From Neoechinorhynchus agilis (Eukaryota > Animalia > Acanthocephala): a DNA stretch of 64,000 bases. Below the pieces are notes generated by a model, which saw only the letters and a program-made list of their open reading frames with translations, made no database searches and was not told the origin of the DNA. Every line of letters begins with the position of its first letter. Positions within the stretch are counted from its first letter, which is position 1. The stretch is taken from assembly GCA_051530055.1 (NCBI GenBank), contig CM121341.1:16160784-16224783 (forward strand), given 5' to 3'. Shown piece after piece: positions 1-10,349 of this stretch. A program made the translations under genes and the position numbers.

Positions 1-1
1 T

Positions 2-661
2 GAACAATATTACACTCTTTCCACACAAAAAAAATCAGAAAATAATTCCAATAGAAACGAATTTTCACAAAATCAAGAAAATTCACACGTACATCTATCA
101 AAGCCTATTGAACAGCGTAACAACAATTTTGGACAAATTCAACAAAATTATTATCAACAACAGGAGAATGATTTGCAATGTTCAATCAACAGTTGTCCTC
201 AAATAGAGCATGGGAATGAAGTACAATATGATCCGCGTTACAATTATTGGCAAGAGCTTCCAAATGTAATAGTAGAGGGTAGTGCAATGAATATTGAAAA
301 TCATTATATGCAAGTCCACAAATCACAACAAAGTCGACAGATTATGAATGAGCTAACAGTGCCAATAGGAATAATATCCTATAATGAAATTGATGCCGAA
401 AATTTATCAATCGGGCATCAGGAAGTGTCAGTGGAACAGCTACAAATCACCACTCAAGGAAGAGAAAAACGCCCTCGAAAATGGACAAGGCACAATTTCT
501 CAAAAGACGAAAAGGAGGCTCTTGAAGCTGCATTTCAAAAAACCCATCGGCCAAGTGACGAACAAATGAATGCAATTGCTTTTTCCTATAGATTAAGATT
601 CAACTCCGTCAAGTTCTTTTTTCAAAATAGGAGAACAAAATTAAAAAAAGAAAGGCACTAA
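2..661 (+). CDS. Divergent homeodomain protein, 5'-partial (frame is open from position 2; Q/N-rich N-terminus, C-terminal homeodomain)
   Basis: The C-terminus RPRKWTRHNFSKDEKEALEAAFQKTHRPSDEQMNAIAFSYRLRFNSVKFFFQNRRTKLKK follows the homeodomain pattern (R5, F8, L16, F20, F49-Q50-N51-R52-R53). The frame has no stop from nt 2 to TAA at 659-661. Confidence 0.8.
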   Translation, partial: EQYYTLSTQKKSENNSNRNEFSQNQENSHVHLSKPIEQRNNNFGQIQQNYYQQQENDLQCSINSCPQIEHGNEVQYDPRYNYWQELPNVIVEGSAMNIENHYMQVHKSQQSRQIMNELTVPIGIISYNEIDAENLSIGHQEVSVEQLQITTQGREKRPRKWTRHNFSKDEKEALEAAFQKTHRPSDEQMNAIAFSYRLRFNSVKFFFQNRRTKLKKERH

Positions 662-1459
662 TGAATATATTCCGCAAAAGCAAAAAATATTTACAAAATT
701 AATAAAAAAAATCATTTTTGAAAATCCATCAGACCGAAGTAAGAAACAACGTGAAGTGCGCCTAAGAGATAATCAATCGTTTATCATAAATGTATATTTT
801 ATTAATATTTACTACATGTATCCAAACTTCAAAGCTCTAAGACTTTTAAAAAAGTCCTTGAGATTGACAGTACTGACAGGTAATAAATTTTATCGTGCTG
901 ATTAGCTTTAAATTTGAAATAACATAGCATTTTATAGACGTTTTTAATCTGTAAATTAAAAAGTCAAAATCTTAATTTAATTAAAAAAAGAATTTCAATT
1001 TAAAGCATTATTAGAAGAAATAACAAGAATAGCTTTCGTTTATTTCAACTTTGTTTTTTAGATATTCTTTTAAATGAACTATGACCGGCAGAACAATAAA
1101 TATTCGTTAATATTTTTGAAACCCTAAACCATACACATGGTAGTTTAACATTTCAAGTGTAATAAAAGGGTTTAAAATAAGTATGGTAAAATAATTTTTT
1201 GACTTATGAAAACCCGTATAATTTTATGAAAAATAGGAATTGCGACCGGTTTAAAAATCTTTATATAAGAAGCGAATAAGTAAAGATCGAGCAATCCATG
1301 ACGTCGACAATAATCTTTTAAGATACTTTTAATAGGATTGTCGCAATTATATTTTTTTGTCGTAAGAGCTATCAAATTAAAATCTAATCAGATCTTTTAG
1401 AACGTAAATCATTGTCACCACCGAAAGTAAAGTCATCATTTTTCGATACTTGCATTTAA

Positions 1460-2667
1460 TCAAACAAAATTTTCAAGAATAAAATTAGTTATGACTGTGA
1501 GAATATGGTTTACAACATCGTAATCAATGGCATTTTTATTGTCCGAAGGTAGATGCCAGACTTCAGGAAAGGGAATCGATATCAGATGAACAACAGGAAC
1601 GCCTATATGGAGCCGTGAGAATATGATAAAAAGTAAATTTGGAGCACAAAACTACACCGAAATTCAAGGTTTTTGCAACATTATACGTTGTAAAAAACTA
1701 GCCTCTCTTAAACAAAGCAATAGCCTAAACGGACAAAGACTAGCCTCTTTCGACAAATGGTTGATGATCATCTCCAATAATTCCATTTCGTTTGAATGTT
1801 CATCGATTCCACCAACCCATAAACATTCAAACTGGCTAATTTACAGAAGATGTGAAGTGACCACAACTCATGGCAGGCCGAGTCAGTCCTTGTGATATTA
1901 CTTTTTTCTCCATTTCTATTAATCCCGGATATATACCAAGGTTTTCAAGACGAGAATCACGGAATGTCGTAAAGCGATGACCAATCAAATCAAGTAAAAT
2001 CAAAGCGTGCTAGATTATGAATTATCGAGCGTCTGACATCAAACAGTAACTAACCATATCAGAAATATGATCGATTTGAGAATGGGAGGAGACTTTAAGT
2101 GATGACATCACGTTTGCAAGCTTTTTAGCTCCGTAGATTGAGTCCGTATTTGTCCATTCAACGAAAGCTTCTTCGCCATCAAAAAACACTAGTTTCACGC
2201 CTACTTTGGGCAATTCATAGCGCTCAACGTTTGCGATTTTCTTAGCTATACTCAAAAGCATAGCACATGGAACGGCGGCGTCGGTGGCACCGATGAAGTT
2301 AAAATCGAATATTTTTGAGTCATAGTGACATCCAAGATAGATGTTTGGTGAAGACGTACCGATAGATGCGATTATATTTGTGAAATTTCTTTGCCCAACT
2401 ATAGTGTTATGTGTGAAGGATTGTTCAATCACTCTCCACTCCGCCGATTTTAAAAAACCAACAATGTACTAAGTACGTTTGTTGCTTGATAGATGGATGA
2501 AAACGTCTTACCTTTCTAGCGGTGTCATGACCGGCAGTTCCAATCCGACGCTCGATCAACAATGGTTTTAATACTTGCTTAAATTCCTCGTGATCTTCCA
2601 TTAAACTATAAAAACGAACCCATCCAAACGCACACGCCAAAATAATAGGAATTAGAAGTCTCAACAT
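1460..2667 (-). CDS. QPCT: Glutaminyl-peptide cyclotransferase (M28 family), about 5 exons: 2667-2512, 2468-2055, 2009-1845, ~1790-1745, 1602-1460
   Basis: Motifs CHYDSK, GATDAAVPCAML, LVFFDGEEAF, LILLDLIG, DDHQPF and GVPVVHLISIPFPEVWH are present, with the Zn ligands D/E/H retained. There are GT-AG introns of 43 and 45 nt and a GC-AG intron of 142 nt. One junction is non-canonical (see findings). Confidence 0.88.
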
Positions 2668-3179
2668 TTGAGCTTTATTTAAACGAAAGCTTGAAAAACG
2701 GTGCGAAAAACATCTACTTCTACTCACCGTGCGACTCATGCAGTGATGAAAAGATTTTTATGATCCAGTTTTATTCATTCTCTACTTTACGAAAGAAAAA
2801 TATTATTTGTTTTCAGAGATATCCATCAAATGAGCAAACTAAGAACTTGTAATTATTTGAATGGTGCAAGTGCACTTTGTCAAACTTTGCAAATATAAGA
2901 TCCAAATCTTAAAGAGCATTGGTTTATACACAACCCATTATTTAATCATGTATTTAGTCGTCTCTTATGAGATGCTAAATATATTGCGGAACGTGTCAGA
3001 ATTTGATTCGATATTTAACATTTGCATTTATGAAATCTATAGAGATAATAGCGTTGAAATAGCGATAGGAGTGGATGTGCGCATTTCTGAAGGTTTTTGC
3101 ACACTGCAAAACAGAAAATTAAATTCCAAATATTCGAACTGTTAAGTAAGATTTAAAAATTCATTACCAGCTACTAGTT

Positions 3180-5000
3180 TAATTCTAGCCGCAGCAGGCA
3201 CAGCTCGCCGCCGGTCGAGTTAGTGTCCATAATGTTGGCGGTGTTCCCTCGGTGGACAGCCATGTTTATCCCCTGAGGAGCCCGGATAAATGGGGAGGGT
3301 TGGTGCCAGGAAGGGCATCCGACCGTAAAAGAAACCTTGCACCAATAAAACCAAAATGAACAGTCTAACAAACACACAAACAAGAATGAGGGCGTACCCT
3401 GAATGCGACACGCAGAGAACTCTTCTGAATTCTTTGAATAAATTATCAAATGGACAAAGACCCAAACGCGAACAAAAACTAAGAGTTGGATCTTTAAACG
3501 TCAGAACAATGACGGGTAAATCATTGGAAGTAGTGCACATGATTAAGAGAGTGTCCAGGAGCTGAAATGGAAAGGAGTCAAAGCACGCGATCTTGGAGAC
3601 GGCTTCAAGCTATTTTATAATGGTTCATTTTTTGGTCGAAATAGAGTTGGAATTGTCTTGAGTGATAAACATGCAGATGGAGTCATGGAAAAGTGCTAGG
3701 ATAATGTGGATGCGGATAGATCTTGGAGGGCAATGCTTGGTGATCGTTTCTTGTTATGCCCCATAAGCTGGACTCACGCAGCAGGAGAAAGACCAGTTTT
3801 GAGAATATCTATATGATGTGGTCCATGAAAACAAGGAAAAAATGTATAATATGTGGAGATCTCAACGGTCATATTGGCGCGGAAAACTCGAGCTGGTGTC
3901 AAGCACACGGTGGAAGAGGCTTTAGAACCTGAAATGCAGTGGGAGAAAGCATTTTGGACTTTGCGTTGGCAAATAGACTTCGGATCACGAACAGTTACTT
4001 TAAGAAAGCAGAACGACAACTTGTGACTTACAGCATCAGCGGCGAGAGGAAAACGCAAATCGATTATATCCTCTATCCAAAAGAAAAATGGAGAAGTGAA
4101 AAACACAAAAAAACTACCTGGAGAGGCGTGCGCTTCGGAATGCGAAAATGTCCATATCAGAGCAGAGAGTAGTACCGAAGCTGAATTCGCGTTACGCCAG
4201 TTATATGAAAAATGCCATGAAAAACGAAGGGAAATACACAGCGTGATCATCGATCTCGAAAAAGCCTATGACACTGTCCCAAGAAAACTGGTAATTCAAC
4301 TGTCTTAGAAGAAAACACTGCCCGAGACTTAGGTCCGCCATGGAACATGCTTTTCGCCGACGACATCGTCCTCCTGAGAATGGAGGGAAGCTCTGGAAAG
4401 TCAAGGTCTAAAAATTTCCCGGTGGAGAAATTAGTCTACGTAGGAACTGAAAGCATTTCCCTTCAAGAGACAGCCGCAGAAATTTGACAAATTGAAGTAC
4501 CTCGGCTCTATAGTGTCGATGCAAAAAACGATATCACCGATGAGATTTCATCGAGAATAAATAGCGGATGGGTGAAGTGGAAAAGTCTAACTGGGATCTT
4601 GTGTGATAGCAAAGTACCTCTTGTCTTGAAAGGTAGTCTTCAAGATGGCAATCATACCAGCCATGTTATGTGGGGTGGAGACATGGAACACCAATGCCAA
4701 TCACATCAAGCAAATGCAAGGGGCCGAAATGAACATGATGAGGTGGATGTGTGGGGTGACCAGGCAAGAAATGATCCCAAATAATGCGGTCCTGGGCACA
4801 GCGAAGGTGGAGGACGTGAAGGAAGCTATCGCGAAACGAAGGATCCAATGGAGCGATATGGTGAAACATGACGAGAAGAATCGATTCATTCGAAAAGTTG
4901 AGGAAATCGAAATCTAAGGGTCCAGGAGGTGCGAAACGTCGAGAAAACAATAAAAAATTGTGTGGCTGAGGACCGACGTTTGACAGAAACGGGGCGGAGG
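3180..5000 (+). mobile_element. Decayed, internally deleted RTE-clade non-LTR retrotransposon
   Basis: APE start KLRVGSLNVRTMTGKS, then DFALANRLRITNSYFKK...TQIDYIL, IDLEKAYDTVPR, MLFADDIVL-like and KYLGS segments, and thumb region WKSLTGILCD / AEMNMMRWMCGVTR. Many stops and frameshifts. The 5' UTR carries the typical RTE motif GGAAGGGCATCCGACCGTAAAA. Confidence 0.85.
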
Positions 5001-5599
5001 GGTGTGTGAAGTCTTAGTACTGCAAGGTTTTGGACGACCCCGAGAATTGAAAAGCATGAAGAAAGTTGTTGTTGAAATCCTGTTGTCGGCGGTCGCTTGC
5101 CTCATTCGACGGCTCAATTCGTAGGATAGTTTAAGGGCGAATTCACCGAGCTCCCCGTATGTCTGGACTCCGAGTGATGGCTCTTGGCTTAATCTGCGTT
5201 TGTTTAACAGTCGATTTTTACATTAGAAGTGCAAATTTAATCGACCATAATGTTCGACCCCGCCTACCCTGCCCCTTAATTAAGCAAGCGAACTTAAATA
5301 CTTTCAAAAGTAAAACATAAAGCTCCAACTATCTGGGAAAAATTATCTCAGAATTCCTATCGTTCAACCCTTTTATTAAGGAATTTAATTGGTACATCAT
5401 TTTGGAAACTGCATTACAAAGTTGAGATTGCGGATACCTACTAAGATCTTAGCTAGAATACAGCTAAGAAAGATAAACACTTAAGAGCCATTTATTTGTG
5501 ACGTTAAAAAATTAGGACGGAATTTAGAAAATAAAAAATTTTGATGTTCGACCGGATAATCACTCTTAGAATGTTCATTTATTTTATAAATCTCCTTAA

Positions 5600-7310
5600 A
5601 TATTTTATGAATGAACATAGTTTCGTTTTCTTCAAATGTTATGTTTGTTCGCCAGCTTCCTTGATGGCCGCGGCATTGCCGCGTTGGATCGCCGCGCTGA
5701 TTCGCTGCAACAGGAAGCTGCTGGATCGCATATCGTCGGTGGCATGTTTTAGCATCCCTCCCAGTCGTGAGAGGAAATAATCGGCTTCTTTGCCGAGACA
5801 TCCCAGTGTTTCCACCGCAATCGGGATGAAAATATATTGATGCCCATCGGGCGAGGAGTACTTCTGCCGCTTCTTTTCCTCGCTGAAGCTGGCGACTGCT
5901 CCCGCCTTTGAGGTGGCATCCCGTAAGTGGGATGCTGCGAGCGTGTTGGGGCAGGTAAAATCCCAAACCAGTATTTTCCCGGAGCACCATGGGAGGAGAG
6001 TCGCTCCATCAGGGCGTTTACCGTCGTTCCGGGAGAGTCCAACTGGTTCGAGTCGAGCTGGAAAACCGGCCGTTGAGAGTGCTTAGCTGATTATGCGGTT
6101 GACTGCTGAGTGCCGTGCGTGGCGAGCAGTTGAACGCTTGCAGTCAAGGCCGTGAGTTCCCGGTCCGTTCACTGTCTCACCGCACCGACACGTATATGAG
6201 CCTGAGAATTCGATGCCCAACCGAAGTCCCACAGCGGCGGTGATGGCCTGATCATCCAGCCTCGTGCCAACAGATGTGATTGGGAAAGCCTTCAAGAAGT
6301 CGCTGGAGTGTGGAGCTGAGACTGCCAAGAGACGAGCTCTATCGTTGGGAGATGAGCATGAGTTAAGAAGCTGCTGATAATACGCAGTGTGGAGCAAGGT
6401 AGTCCAACGTTTTTGGGAGTTTGTTTCCGTTGGAACGACTTGCCCGAACACTGACGTCCATTGAGCGTGCGCTTCGATCAGTTCAGGCGGTGGATGTGAC
6501 TCGTGTCGAATGTGTGGTGGGATGATTCTTAGCACCAGGTCTGAAGAGACCGAGATCGACGACGAAAAGGCAGGAATTGCTACTTCGGTGGCACTCTGGA
6601 TGCCAAGACCACCGAATCGAATGGGAAGGATCGCCTGTTTCCATGCTGTGTCGGACAGACGTAGGTTAAGTACTTCTGACAGGGTTGATCGAACGCAGTT
6701 GTCGAAATCCCTGGTGAGCACTGACTTGAAGCATGGAGAAGTCCTCAGAAGGTACGCAATCTTCGGTAGCGACAGACATCGTGATAATATGAACAGAGCG
6801 TCGTGTCGCGCGATGTGCAAGAGCCTGGAGGCAGTGAGCCGCAATTGATCGATGGCTTTTGAAAGGAACGTTTGCAGGTTAGACAGGTAACCGATTGGAA
6901 ACCCGAGGATGTCAGCTGAGTCGGTTGCAGTTGTCTTTGCTCCGGGCAGTACGATGAGCAGTCTCGATGCATCCTCTTGGTCGTCCGAAATGATTTCGCA
7001 TTTGTCCGTTCTCAGGAATAGTCCGATATCGGCACCCATTTCGGAGATGTTTTTGATGTCGCGAATGAGCTGGTTGATCTCCCCTCCAATGCAACAGTCG
7101 TCGAGGTACCAGATCGACAAATCTGACGAAGAGCTGTGGGCGAGATGATTGATCGTCAATGCGAACAGCAGAGGACCCTCTGCTGATTCGACCTGGAACT
7201 CGCCAAACAGCAGCATGCTGGACTGGTCGTAGCACAAGGACACATACTGGTAGATTTCTGGTATGTGCTGGTGGACAACCTCTGTCATCGAGGTGCGGCA
7301 TTTGCAATGT
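5600..7310 (-). mobile_element. 5'-truncated CRE-clade (RT + restriction-like endonuclease) non-LTR retrotransposon, decayed
   Basis: WYLDD RT motif, FGGLGI, CRCG...HGLDC zinc knuckle, GKRPDG...WDFTC RLE motif read through an in-frame stop at 6083, and C-terminal QRGNAAAI. Confidence 0.9.
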
Positions 7311-7700
7311 AAAATCTTGTTGTGTTTTAAATTAATTGATTCCAAACCGCCCGTGCAAAATTGCTGAAAAAAATTATATACTGTTCGAAATTCGCATTAC
7401 AATATAAAGATTAAAGTTTTAGACAAATGCGAATTATTGCAGACCGTGACACTACTTTAAATGGATTTACTGTGCTCGCTGATTAAGGTATCAACCTATG
7501 ACGATTGAAAAATACTATCAAGCGATAAGGTAAATCGCGTTCGCACTTGTTGGTAACAAATGGATGAACATTCTAATCAAATCTCAAGTAAACTTAATGC
7601 ATTGTCATAAACAAGAGATAATATTTGTCATCGATTGTTGCACGTGGGAATTCTAACCCACCTTTTCATTTGACAAGACTAAACCGTTAGAAAAGGGAAG

Positions 7701-7943
7701 ATGCAGTCTCCGATACCGTCGTCGCGATTGATTTGCAACATTTGTGGATCGGTAAAGCTGGGAGCGGCTTATTTTCACAACCGTAAATGCCTCGTCTGCA
7801 ATAGAAGTGGATGTCCAAAGTGCCAAAATGATGCTCTCCGAAATGGTACTGTAATTTGCTTGGCGTGTCTTACGGGAATGGTTCCCGTTGATATTCTGTA
7901 TCACACGTTGAACAGTTATCAACCTACGGATAATAGAAAATAA
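7701..7943 (+). CDS. Small Cys-rich ORF with four CxxC pairs (FYVE_2/Slp-homology- or PHD-like zinc finger); possibly one exon of a larger gene
   Basis: CNIC-x14-CLVC-x4-CPKC-x11-CLAC spacing resembles rabphilin/Slp-type zinc fingers. Confidence 0.45.
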   Translation: MQSPIPSSRLICNICGSVKLGAAYFHNRKCLVCNRSGCPKCQNDALRNGTVICLACLTGMVPVDILYHTLNSYQPTDNRK

Positions 7944-8419
7944 TGGCAGTCGCTCTAACTAAAGCAATAAATTCTATAGTCCCAATAAATAGTTTTTAGA
8001 TTTTGATAATCGAAGTGTGAAAAATTAACGTATCTTTAAATGTTTTTTATATGCAAAATGTTCGAGTTATTTTATTCTTTGTTGCCTCAACCACAGCGTC
8101 TTACTTAAAGTGGTGTACTGTTTTCGTAGTAATATTTTCTCATGTGAAGGGGGATAATTGCGGAGAAATTATTTCTGTGGCATCAACAGTAAAGTTTATC
8201 ATAAGATTGAATGAGATTTGATTTAAGCGGATCACTGCGTTGAATGAAAAAGGGGTAGGCGTCAAAGACAATGTTTTCAACGTATTTTAAAGTCACTTAG
8301 ACTCTGATGCATACGGTAATGAGTTTGTAAATCCCTCCGGATTCTCAGATACTTCCATTAGGCGGGAATCATCTGTGACTCCGAATACTGGGCATGATTT
8401 TACAAGAAAACCTTAAATG

Positions 8420-8860
8420 GCATGCCCACATTTCATTTACACTCTCTAAAACAAACCCTCGTCTTTAAATCCTCAAACTCCTCCAGCGTCTCGGCGTTTG
8501 CCCTAAACACCTTGCTCACTTTTATCTCTCGGCCACCCTCCCTATACTTACATACGCCTACACCCCACTTTCCTCGCCCTTCCCGCCAATGCTCTCCATT
8601 ACCTCGAAACCTTCCACAAGAGAGCAGCGAGAATATGCGGCACTTCACTCCCTCCTCTCGACGCCCACATCCACTCCATTTTCTCCAAAAACGCCCTCCG
8701 TCTTCTTCAACCCCCTCCACCATTTTCTTCCCTCATCTCTAAATACTCGTCCCTAGTAAACACCCGGAACGCCAACCTTTTTCATCCCCCCTCGCTCGTA
8801 CCACCCTCTACCAAAAATCTTTCCTCCCCAAGCCCAATCTTTCCTTAACAACCGGAGAAC
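8420..8860 (+). mobile_element. 3' remnant of an L2/CR1-like LINE ORF2 (thumb/C-terminal region)
   Basis: One frame reads LETFHKRAARIC...RNANLFHPPRS...AQSFLN, the C-terminal pattern of CR1/L2-group ORF2. The strand is C/T-rich. Confidence 0.5.
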
Positions 8861-9598
8861 AAGGAAAGACTCCCAATCGGTCATCTCCTGTACAAAGCCT
8901 CCGATTACACATTGAAACTCCTTCAAAGACAAGTCCACCTCCCTTGCCTTCAACATCCGTCATCCAGACACCTTCAGCAAAGATAGATGCTGGCAAGTGT
9001 GTGGATCGTGCATTTCTTACATTAATTAATAAAACGTGTTTATATATATTCCTTAAGCGGTATTTCGCCACCTTTCGTTGTACGTCATTGGCGGTAACGG
9101 AGAACATTTAAAGTGTTTTAAAGTATGTATTTGATTGGAAACTGACTTTTGAAGATTATTCCGAAATCCACAGTAAATTTCTATTGCGTAGTTTTAGAAG
9201 CTTGGAGATTTAGTCAGCGAATATTAATCATCGAGAGAGAAATCCTTAAAAGGTTTTAATTGTTTTGATTGTATGGCGTGAATACGCGGGATCGCCATCC
9301 CCGAAACAGCCTTTTATCCGAGATTATGATTGCCACATCTTCAACTCTATTATTCCAAAAGATTTTCTCTCGATGATTGGCAATATTGTTTAGGGTAGCT
9401 CGCACCAGAAAATTCGTTAAAAAAATTTAATTACAAAAATTCGAAACAGCGGTAATGTTAGTACGCCCATTGGTTGAGTTATGACATTTCGTCTGAAAAG
9501 GAGGCGAGGTTTCCTCGTGTAATATTTTCTAATAATAAGAATGGAATCTTGATTCGAGATTATGGTCACACCACCATTCAACACTAAGCTTAATTATG

Positions 9599-9779
9599 AC
9601 TTGTGGTGAAGATAATCCCGCTTACAAATCATTTTATTGTACTGAAATATTTCGGAGGAAACCTCGCCATATGAATCATTGCTTGTAAGTTTTTTCAACT
9701 GTGATGGCGAGGTTTCCTCTTCCGAAATATTTCACTACATCAAAATGATTTATAACCGGGATTATCTTCACTACAAGTT
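9599..9779. repeat. Hairpin element with ~72-bp inverted arms and a 33-nt spacer; related to the PLE 3' end at 36193-36270
   Basis: 9599-9670 is the reverse complement of 9704-9779 with few mismatches. The arm GAAATATTTCA..AAAATG..TAACCGG..ATTAT..TCAC matches 36219-36270. Confidence 0.75.
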
Positions 9780-10349
9780 AAAATCTACCGTCTCGATGTA
9801 TTTTCTCGATATGACTGAGCTTAATATTCGATCAACAAACGGTGATTTTAAACCACAGACGAAATCTTCAGTACTTCGCAAAACCAGAGTATTGTTTGTT
9901 AAATCTTCCCAGTATTTTCGACTATTAGCTGCGTTGGCAGGTTCTTCTGTGTTTTTCCTCACCCGGCGATCGAGTTAAAATTAAATTTAAAAACGTTTGC
10001 TATAGAGACAAAAATGACGTCATAACGATTTTTTAATTTAAAGCAATTCTTTCTGAGCTGAGAAGACCAGCGACAAAAGTTCTAACACTACAAATATCTT
10101 GATGCTTGGATCTAAAACGTACTTTGTATTACGGGTACCGTTTGTTTTTGAGTATTTTCCGTAAGATGTTCTTGGTTTTTTGTACCATGTGTTTGGGATA
10201 TTAGAGAACGTTGCTTTGGTATTTTGTAGCTGCTTTCTTTTGAATTGATATTTTACATAAATTTTGAGCATTAGACACGGAGATTTTTAGACTTGTTCAA
10301 CGATCTCAAATCTTTAAATTTTATACAGTTTGTAATTTATAAAAGTTCC

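Noticed and set aside
1115-1135. Telomere-like CCCTAA/TTAGGG hexamers here and at a few other sites
   Set aside because: Isolated single occurrences, not arrays.
1745-1850. Stop-codon reassignment as the explanation for broken frames
   Set aside because: Reading through TAG/TGA here gives non-homologous sequence, and conserved genes (actin, GLUD1, SF3A2) use standard stops with no internal stop codons.
1172-1895. Short ORFs 1172-1375(-) and 1623-1895(+)
   Set aside because: No motifs; the latter is antisense to QPCT exons and introns.
9771-10271. Minus-strand ORFs 9771-9962 and 10038-10271
   Set aside because: No recognisable homology, and one overlaps a repeat arm; cannot be supported as a gene.
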